Of a stretch of DNA of 64,000 nucleotides, positions 53,731 to 64,000 are shown piece after piece. Below the pieces are notes generated by a model that was not told the DNA's origin, searched no databases, and worked only from the letters and a program-made list of their open reading frames with translations. Source of the DNA: Ylistrum balloti (lineage: Eukaryota). Made by a program: the position numbers and the translations under genes. The stretch is from contig NW_026781956.1 of NCBI RefSeq assembly GCF_031769215.1, positions 1,984,001 through 2,048,000 of the forward strand, read 5' to 3'. The first letter of the stretch is position 1. The number at the start of each line of letters is the position of its first letter.

Positions 53731-56700
53731 ACACATTTCAATGATATTCGATACAATATAGCCAAATAATGAATCAAATTGCATCAAACAGCTGTTTTGT
53801 TCTCCTGTGACTTGTCAGTCGAAATCGTGAAGCCTGGGAGGAAAATCACAATGGGTCGAATGAAAATTTTGACTGCACTTATTCTGCAGTAAATTTCTGT
53901 GATTATGTGAACAGCTGGGTTATGTATGTGAATAACAATGTGGTACACAGCTTACGACAAACCTTGGAGTATGAAAGCCCAGTAACAGTGTCCACCACCT
54001 GCAATATCGAAGATTATATAAAAAAATGTGACAGGGCTTCAAGTTGGTTGACTAATGTCAGTGAGAAAAGTGCTTTGTGGGCAACTTCAATTATTACATT
54101 CAAACTCAAAGATATTTTGGTCATCTCACTATATATAAATATCCTAACCTTTCGTCGAGACCAGACAAATCCAGCTTTGGTGTAAGACGTGATTACATGA
54201 TGTCAAGCAGTAATTGGTCCATTTAGCGTTTCACTTTTGGTTATCTTCTGTTGTCTCAGGCACGTCACATCGATTTCCTCTCCTTGCTCAAACGCTCGTG
54301 TCCGGTATGACGTTAGAATTAGCTAGCTTGCGGATTGCCGGTAACCAAAACATTTCTTTTATCAGCAAATCACGACTTTATATTACAACATCGTATTATA
54401 AGTATAATTAATTTGCGACTTCGGGATCGATGACTCCGCAATGTATAACCTGAATACACTTTCATCACGCACATAGTGTCTTTCCGTTCTTTTGTAATTC
54501 ACGGAAACATTTTTTTTCACTCTATCAAAGACTTAAAACATGCAGAGCTAATAATCATGCCTTGGTTCACACATCTCTGACATTTCATTTTAAGTTAAAT
54601 TTGTCATATCAAAACAAAATACAATATCATGGTAATTCTCATTCTGAAATCCCAAGATACTGATATCAAACCAGGAAGAACATTATATTGATACCATTGG
54701 ACGAGGATTTTATGTGAGCGGATATCCGGTGCCTAATAACCTGTAACCGATGTAAATGTCAAATCGTGACTAAACATTCCCCTCAGAATGCAATATCCCT
54801 TCGGATTGTCGATAATAAAATAATAAATTAATTGACAAAGAAAATTAAAACCAAATGAAAAGAAATGAAAACAGAAAACTTAACAACAAAGGAACACCAA
54901 AACAAAACCCACAATACAAAAAAAAGTATTTTCTACCTGTGATTATTTTCGGTAGATATAATTCAATTGGCTTCACATAAAGTTGGCTTCCTACTCTTGG
55001 TGTGAGATCGACTCTGAGGAAAATAGTTCGTTCGAATTACCCTAGAATAGATATATCGGTATTACAGAATCCCACCAAGCACAGATCTATCAGGATTTTC
55101 CTAAACGATATAGAAGATGAATGTGACCCAGGCTTTACTTAACACCCTAATCACCTCAATGTTTGTTACGTACCGATTCCTGAAGTACCACGTGCAACAA
55201 TGATCCGAGTGTATCATATTGTGGGTGTAGTGGAAATGGATAACAAGAGAATACTTATCTACATTGTAATACATAGGAAGATATGGTTCAATGAAGACAA
55301 ATATGGTTCATTTCAATAACGTTAAGTTTTTAGTCATGCAGATATCATTCATCGATCAGCTTTCTTTAATGTTTGTATATACTAGGATTGAATTATTTTT
55401 TATCCCATGGTGCAGTAAAGGTTCAGCATATATGGCATGCCGTATGATGTGAATCACGCCAGTTACCCCTAAAAAGTGGTCTGAATGACAACAAATAAGA
55501 AAATCTTTTCACGAGAATTAAAAAGTCCAACACGATATTTGGTAAACATAGATTTTACAAAACATGACACGCTGGAAAACAACATGATCTGCGTCAGCTT
55601 AATTAAGTGTCAATCTACAAATGTTAATTCTCTTCAAATGTCGCAGAGGTTCCATATATCAAACGAATTTCTCCTAACGGTAAGTTTACTGAACATTTAT
55701 CGAAGCCAAAATTAGAACAGATTAGAGTTGTCAACGTTGCCTCAAAATTCAAAAATGCAATACGTTATTGATGCCAAAATCAACACAGAACTTTTTGAAT
55801 TATATAATCAGGTTAGGTGTTTTGATGTAAAAGTGGAGCAGCCAGCAGGTTTTTAGTCTTTACACAATTTGCATCTTGAAAAATTATCTGTTAGTGCAAG
55901 TTGTGTGATATAAAGATATACATTTTTCCTGAATTCCATTATGTGTCGGGGTCAATCGGGGTCATTGACGTCCGGAAATTAGGAAAATTGCAGACATTAT
56001 CTAGACTGAAGTACCTGGTCTACAACAATAAATTGTATCTTCGCAACAAAGTAGAAAACAACAATACAATATTCACTCTAACCGTTTATCCTGATTAAAT
56101 ATCACATATCATTTAATTTGAACAATCAAATTTGACTAAATCAGAATTCTGGATAAAAGTATTAAAACTCGATATATTTTCTATGCAATTCCAGCAAAAA
56201 TATAGGTTATGTACAAATCAGTCTCCATTGAAGACCTGCTTTTACTACAATGATTTTGTGTGATGCTTTTATTTTGGGAAACAACTCTTTGGAATTCTTG
56301 AACAGACGAAACCATTATTCGTGTCCCTAAGACACCCATAAGACACCAACATAGTCTATATAGATACATTAAAGGTCTCTTTTATCCAAAAAACTAACAA
56401 CTAACATCAAACGAAATAATGGTCAGGTGATTCTAAACTAAATTATTCACACACACCAAGGATAACTTTGAGCTTTAGTACATACCGATAACCCAGTAGC
56501 GCGAGAACATGTTATAAAGGGCACGAAACAATTTGCCCATTGAAAAAGGTATTGCATGACTTACTTCCGTTAACATAAAGCTGCTATATTTTGTTTAAAT
56601 TGCATATACCTTTCTCCCTAAAGTGATTGTTTTATCTGCTTCATGTAAAAGGTCACTAGAAACTTGTTTCCGGTCCTTTGTTAAATATTTTTGTGTAAAA

Positions 56701-58039
56701 CCATGACGTCGAGTTTGCCCATGCATGTTCATAGTGCAGTGTTCATCCGCGCTAGATCGCTCGCTGTCAACGAAGGATACAACTGTAGAAAAAAGTCAGT
56801 GCCATATGTGCACTCACAGCGCATACTAATTACTAAGTGGAGCAAACTAAATCATTCAACGAAAGTTCACAACACTTCCGAGGATTTAAATAAGATCTAA
56901 AATAGCTTCAAATAGAATACTTCAAAGGTATTTTAAAACATTAAATAATGGCGTGCTACCAAGCACTACTCTAGGCAAAGCCATGTTAATCTCGTTTCGA
57001 TAAATGCCACATTTGAACTACATTCAAGATAAAGAGCAGCCTCTGGGACTCCATGGTGCCGGACCTACCTGTTCTTGTGACACGAGCGTCGATAATGTAT
57101 GTCAGTAGCAACAATGAAGAATGCCGATTACACGGGAGTTGTCCACTTATCTTATTCCGAGACAAGCTATTGATTTCGATATATAATTGGACACCATCTG
57201 ATGCCGACATTCCAGTTATAGTTGACAATTAACGACATCAGCACCTCGTCATGTTTCATCTTCTGTGCTGCTGATAGTCACGTTCTGTCCGCCTCCAAGA
57301 TTTTGTAATTATGGAAACCATTATTCAAGATAATCCATAGTGGGGGTTCAAACGGTTAGTGGGCTCATAGACAAGAAAAATCTCTACAATCGCCATCTTA
57401 TAAATAATAGAAATTATTTATTAATTCAATCGGAAAGTTCAAGACTTGGTCAGTTCAGGTGAACACTGGTCATCAAAACGATGAAGAACATATCCAGAGT
57501 AAAACGGGTTTTTTTCCTGAACAGATTGAACGCTAGCCTGATATCATGGTAGTAGCAAAAGATCAGTGTAGATCTTTTCTCCAGCCAGGCACGTTTGCCA
57601 GTGAAGCTTGCTAAATCTCTGAAGTAATATCCAGAGTTCGGAGTTTTCCAATTCTATCGCTTAGTTCATTGTACAATAATGTAATGTCATAAAACAAACA
57701 ATACTGCCAATAAGTGTAAATACTGAACATCTTGCCCAGCTTGGTCACCAAATATGACAGGATTATTTCATATGTCAGATCCAAATGTCCTGCAACATCA
57801 ATGGTAATCGAAACCATTCAGCATATTGCATCTAGTCACCGAAAGACATTTTTCCGCTTAATCAGGTTTCCTTGAAATGTCACCCGGAGAACAACCAACG
57901 TGAGTGCATTAATGTTTAAACTAGCTTAAAGACGCTAAACACCTTTAAGTGTCATTTGATTCCCGAGGTCTGATATTGTAAGTTGAAGACGTGATGGTAC
58001 GGAGGACAAATCTGACCACTGTCCTGGATATCACGTCCT

Positions 58040-58770
58040 AAATAATGTTGACAACTTATGTAAATGAGCAGACAAATTTAACGCAAACAATATAGGAAAT
58101 TCGCAGGACAATTACTCTACGGGTTATACGGTACAAAATCAAGAACAAAAAGAAACAACCACAAAATGTCATTCAGAAAAGGACCTTGTAGTTACCTTTG
58201 ATGAAAGACTAAAATTCAGTCAACGTGCATGCAATTGTGTCTTAAAAACTAATAGATTAGTCGGCCTTATATTCAAAACTGTCCCTGTTATTGGCAAAGA
58301 TATGTTCATAAGTCTGTACAAAACCTTCATAAGACCTCATATAGAATACGCATCGTGTATTTGAACTCCAATGCTTAACAATGATAAAATTATGATTGAA
58401 AACGTCCAGAGGAGACCCACAAGGTGAGTGCAAGGCTTAGCCGAGTTGCCATATGAACAACGACTCCAGTCATTTGGCTTACGAAGTCTCCAATATAGAA
58501 GGAAATGGGTGGACATTGTTCAAGTCTTCAAAATTATGTACAGTATAGATGTTGTTCACTATGCTTCATGTTCACTCTACTAGAGGACATTCGAAAACAA
58601 ATAGTGAAACCACGCTCTAGGCTAAGTACCACAAAAAACTTATTTAATAACAGAGTTGTAGATACTTGAAACAGTCTAACGTAAAAACTCTTTTTTGCGT
58701 CGCATACTTCAAAGGTGATATATAGGCAATGAGGTTTTGAGAAGAATTTCAAACAAATATGTACCTCAAG
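58040..58770 (+). mobile_element. 5'-truncated, decayed CR1-clade LINE (RT C-terminal/thumb region)
   Basis: VDNLCK*ADK, EKDLVVTFDERLKFSQ, LYKTFIRPHIEYASCI*TP, IENVQRRPTR, LPYEQRLQSFGLRSLQYRR, TRGHSK and FNNRVVDT*NSL, in canonical CR1 order. Confidence 0.93.
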
Positions 58771-59060
58771 ATCAACAGATTAAATATATCTACAATCTAC
58801 ATTTGCATACTTCATTTTGAATTAAAGAGAGGTGAAGAGCGATATAAGTACATATCCTTTAACTATGTCAAAATTACCAAAGATAGGAAGGCTAGCATAA
58901 AGACAGAGGGCGGAATCAGGAGAGTATATAAATGAAAACAACTTATATGGCTGCTCTGAGAGATGACCATAATGTAAAAACATGCATTTTATCTGGGAAA
59001 ACTTAGATGCAAAAACAAAAATCAGAAAAAAAAACATAAAAACAGCAAAGTGATGTAGAA

Positions 59061-59219
59061 TACAGTCAAAACTGCAAGGGCATTTTTATATTAAAAATTC
59101 CTATATAATTTCTATATAATTGATTCAGTTTCCAAAATTATATAACTCATGATAATTGTATCATTGTAGCAAAGGACAACTGAACCACTGAGTGGCATTT
59201 ATAGACAGGTTCGAATGGA
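59061..59219. mobile_element. Degenerate Tc1/pogo-type MITE (TACAGTCAAA termini)
   Basis: Left tacagtcaaaactg versus reverse complement of right tccattcgaacctg (10/14 match); right end tagacaggttcga resembles the cttagacaggtttgactgta type of terminus. Confidence 0.45.
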
Positions 59220-62200
59220 TAATACAAGTCGATGAAAAGTCATGAAGGAGAAACTCAAAATTTGTTCAGAGATAAAGAGAAATCCTAATATTTATAATCA
59301 AGAGATTCAGACTGACTGAACCCTGAAAGCGATGTACTTGGACGCATTTTGCCTGGAATTGGAATCAGGGTTTTTTTTCTTCGTGGCAGGTGTCATACTT
59401 AAGTACTCGACGAGTACGGATGCCGTAACTCAATGACATCTCATGAATCAAACATGAACACCACCGAACGCGATGTACACTAATTTACTGAGTGTTTCTT
59501 CAATAACTCATGGCATAAGAAACACTTAACAAAGACTAATAAGATTTTCCGGTAGAAAAAAAAAGAAATAAATTCTCGTGAAAAAAATCATGCAGTTGTA
59601 TGGCTTCTTTTCTTTAGAATATGTCACTATCAAACGTACTACAAATTGGTTTAATGGTGTGGATGATCCGTTGACTTGTATTTCTATATATACTGTAATT
59701 TACTTTAATTGACCCCACGTTGGAAATTAAAGATGGAGTATGACGGTGATAACAATTGTTTTTAACGCTACAAGATATAAGGTTGTACATCATGTGATAT
59801 CAACAGATACATTATATTGTAGGCGTTAGCACCTGTTGATATTTAAAGTACATTTTAATACAATTTGGAACTAAAATGTGCATGTTAAATATTTCATATT
59901 GTTAAAATGTTTTTTAAGAATTACCTTTACATGTGCTTGAACAATTCTTATACTATGTTGTTTGTTTCAGGTTTCAAATGTCACCCGTTCGTGTTTGGTA
60001 ATAAACGCTGCTTAGTTAAGAAGTACCATACCCGTGCAACATGTATATTGTGTAGAACCCATAAAATAGACATCGAAAACGAAGAATATTTGAGAGCATT
60101 CGTGAATGACTCATGTAAAATTGGCCTTTAGAGAGATAGCAAAGACGAAGTCACGAGCTTTTGAACGTACCATGGGATGTATGGGTGCGGACGTTCATAA
60201 GCTTTAGAGAGAGAGACAATAATACCAGCAGGATGATGTTTGAAAATTGTACAAAGGGCACACAAATTAATAGCTACTTTAATACAAATTTAGATAAGAT
60301 ACAGTGGAGCGAAATTACGAATAAAAGTGCATCATACAGTTAATGGTAAGGGACTAAATGCAAAAACCCAGTAGGCGACGGTAGAAAATCCAAAGTAACT
60401 GAAACAAATCCCAAATCTAGATGGGTACACAAGCCCAATAACTCAGTAAATTTTGTCATTTTCATATATCTGATAATTTAATGTCAATTACGTGTGTATA
60501 TTCTTAACATTATTCAAATTTTAACGTACAGTGATCATGAAAATAGGAGTAGAAGGTTTATTGTCAAATTGTATGTCGTTTCTTTATGTCTGTGCCTATA
60601 AATACAGTACCAGAATTACTTAAAGAATCTTAACGTATTTATCACTAGTGTTGAACAAGTAAAACGTAACTGAAATAAGGTTGAGAAATACCAAATATTA
60701 GGTAAAGAAAGTGGTATAATGATAAGAATCTCCTTGACAGATTTCTGAATAACAAAATAACAAATAACAAAGCAAATGTTCAACTATGTTTCGAACTGAA
60801 TAAAAGAATGTTAAAACCTCGGAAAATAAAAAGGATTATTGTATCATGTGACTAAAGGTTGTCAATAGAAACCAACAAAAGCATCGATACACATTACACT
60901 TAAGAAAAAAAAACATGCTCACAATGAGGGAAAGGGAATTGCGTTTTGATGTACATTATCAATGTATGATGATTATGATGAAAAATGCAGTAGTTGCTAT
61001 AACTCAATTACAGATTGTAGAATTATACAGCAAAGTTTTGTCACTCGATAACCATTTATAATTTAACTCCTTTGTGTCCACATTAAAATAAATGTCCTTA
61101 TTTCTTAAAATATATTGATATGAATTAGAAAATAGAATTTTCAAAATAAAAATCTGAAAATAAGAAAACCGAAGTCTTTTTATTTTCATTTTAATAGCAT
61201 AACATTGAAAGATCTATTTCATTTTGTTTTGGCCTAACAACCAAAGCCTTTCACGATTTAGTTATTGAACAGTTTCAAAACAGAACCCATACTGACCGCG
61301 TTCATGATGGGATTTCTTCATTACTGACCTCAAAATGTCAGCCCCTAACAACTTATCACAACTACCCGGTGTTATTACACACTGTTCCCAATAAACGTCA
61401 TTCTTAGGTGAGCATGAGATTTAACACAAACCACAAACTGTTATCTCACACCAACTAGTTGGCATGTGTCCGGTCTAACAGCTTGATAATGGAAAGTCCC
61501 GCCGGTGAAACATAGCAGAACTAATCATTTCGACAGTAATTTGATTGAGGAAAAGACAAATAGGATATTTTTTTCATTGAGGTCAATTTGAGCGCAACAT
61601 AAACTATGGACGAAGTAAGAGTGAAAGAGCACGTACAACTTATTGTACTGTTTGGAACACATTTGTATTTTTGTACATAAAATATATTGAAAATATCTTT
61701 CCATGTTACATAGTTAGTTAGTAGTTCTGAAGGTGATATTTGTACAGCCATGTCTTTATATTAATGTCGTTCGATAGTAACATGTCGCGACGTCTGGACT
61801 GTTCCGTTAACAAGAAATCAGTCGTAATTATATGGTCACATCCAATTTCCTGTGAGCGGCAGCTAATATTCTGCCCAGAAACAAAATAACAGAGAATGGC
61901 TGGGAGAAGAAGACAAAACAAAACATGCTACAACTGTTTTCGGGAGCTCCATGTCTCTGCACAGTAGATTGGACTGTTGGCTGATGACAGCGATAACAAT
62001 ACATTTACCGGTAAATGTTTTACTTCTTTGTCTGTTCCTAACTGTAGTCAACCTTGAACAGTTCGATGGTCTTTTTTCCCGGATAAAAAGACAATTCAAT
62101 CTTTCAAAAACAATGCCAAGTCAGTCTCTTCTGTATAACGTGGTTACACAAACACCTGCATATAGTAATACCTAGCAGCACCAAACATGCCGCTTCGAAC

Positions 62201-63300
62201 ATTTTTTTGGTCCCGCTGTTTTTGTATTGTAGATCCAGGTCTTCGTCAGAGAGAATGAATTAAGTTATATTATATGATACTGAAAACAATTTCGTGTTCT
62301 TCGCCGTTCTTCTCGACCTTTTAATATAAATACATAGTGTATCGAGAATGCAGCGGTGACAAGTATGTGACGATAACAGTGAAGACTGTATCGTTTTTAC
62401 TAGATACTTTCTCTATCAACCCTCACTCGTTTCGAAATCTATACAAACCGGAACAAATGCAATAACAATAATATGGTCGTTAAAACAACACACACAAACG
62501 AAAAGCTCTTTTCACTACAAATATTAAGTATTAGATATTGCGGAGTCAAATGATGAATTTAATGACATCATCCAGCTGTCAAAAACCTGATGGGAAGGCG
62601 ACTTATTCCAAAATTCGATAAATTTCATGATTATCAATGTAGAAGGATTTTGTACCACTATTCGAATGCAAAAATCCATAGCATACGAGTAAGGCAAGCC
62701 TAGTCGTGAGTTCAGTGTAATCCAACATTTTAGAAACTTTTAATTAATTTATCAACGTTAGCATATGTTTTGCAAATCGTTCATATGTGACAAACCTGTT
62801 ACGATGGTTGAGTTTTAGAACACAATGTCAGGCATTGTCGCCAAAATTAAAGAACAAGATATCAAAAAGATTATCTTCGCCGTTTCAATACATAGACGCC
62901 CTCACACAGCATAAAACAAAATGTCGATATTGTCATATTGGTAATTAATAAAACAAATCGAGATTCAGAAAAATGAAAATCAACTGACTGTTCCACTTAT
63001 TTGGTAGGTTGTTTTCTGGTCTTCAGGTAACAGTGATTTGTCCACAATCATTCGGGCGGTACGTTTCCTTCAAGAGAAAGTATGGTTTATCAATACAATT
63101 ATTGATAAAGCTGCCAGACGTTTCATATTTAACCCTCACGACTTGGAAAATAAACAGTTATCGAATATTAAAAATGTACAATTTTGATTGAATTGTTTGT
63201 TAAGTGAACTTACTTATCTTACTTTTACAGAATAAGAGATAAAATTCATTAAAGGGTAAAAATGGACCAAGAATGAAAGACATATCTATTCATAGAACAG

Positions 63301-63478
63301 TACTGCGAGATTATATTAGTTTGTGGTCACCCCTTCTGTAACATTTACATGCATTTATTTAACCAGACTATGGTGTTCTGCGTTAATTCTATTTTCAAAA
63401 GAAAATCCTTTTGTGATGTGTTCCCTCCTTGATAATAGCGAAAAATGGAATCCCGCGAAAATAACAGGATTTACAGTA
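63301..63478. mobile_element. MITE of the same TIR family as 53537-53730
   Basis: The reverse complement of right TIR 63452-63478 (tactgtaaatcctgttattttcgcggg) matches the 53537 TIR at 23/27; the left end tactgcgagattat is degenerate. Confidence 0.6.
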
Positions 63479-64000
63479 ACGGTTTCGTTTATGAAATATA
63501 TTATATTTATTAATTTCTATAGACAGTAAAGTTCATTTAGATGAGCCTGTCCCTAAATAACGTAGCTAAAATAAATCATTTTGTTGTAGGAAACTGCATT
63601 AAATGTCAAGGTCAAAGCCGATCTCCCCAAAACAAATTACACAAAACCAGTAGTCTTATGTAACTGGTGTAGCTTCCCATTTACTGTCGTGTGTCCGTAG
63701 ACACATTAGGTAAAACATCAGCAATGTCGACAGCTTTTGGCTAATTCTATATTCGAAAAAAAAGAAAATGGCTTTGAAAGCTTTTACACGACATGTCTTT
63801 TATAAAGATAACTATTTAAAATAAGTTTTTAGAAGAATGTCACTATTTAAAATAATGGACAGGAAGGAAAACACCCTTGTTATTTACTAGTAATATCTTT
63901 ACTTTTAACTTAATATATCAATCAGTTCCATTAGTTTATCTTTCCTACTTTCTGATGTAGGTTTAGGTACAGGAGTGGTATTGCTGTCATTTGTAGAGTT

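Noticed and set aside
54990-55320. ~110-codon + frame with one stop
   Set aside because: No start context, splice support or recognisable domain.
1-64000. A multi-exon host gene enclosing the GPCR
   Set aside because: Isolated exon-like segments exist (e.g. minus 7885-7998, 25540-25625) but could not be chained into a recognisable protein without transcript data.

Overview
AT-rich eukaryotic (animal) genomic DNA. The repeat families present suggest a bivalve or other mollusc (inference). It is not prokaryotic: there are no operons, CRISPR arrays or intact rRNA/tRNA genes. The one confident protein-coding region is an intronless class A (rhodopsin-like) 7TM GPCR ORF at 47088-48101 (+), of the FMRFamide-receptor-like / B0563.6-like type. 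The rest is non-coding and holds three long minisatellites (32/41-bp, 28-bp, 33-bp units), a cryptic diverged 29-bp array, a 65-bp array, a 163-N assembly gap and many decayed mobile elements. These are a CR1-type LINE 3' end, five Penelope-like (Naiad-type) fragments, a tRNA-derived SINE, a Helentron-type non-autonomous element, several MITEs and a ~170-bp palindrome. The most unusual element is a ~370-bp non-coding LTR retroelement (TRIM, 34019-34386) whose two LTRs each carry a tRNA-Thr(AGT)-like Pol III promoter; from memory this resembles the described Helenus type, so it is notable but probably not a new class. I found no convincing undescribed protein-coding system. All family assignments come from manual translation and motif recognition, not database searches, and boundaries of degenerate elements are approximate.
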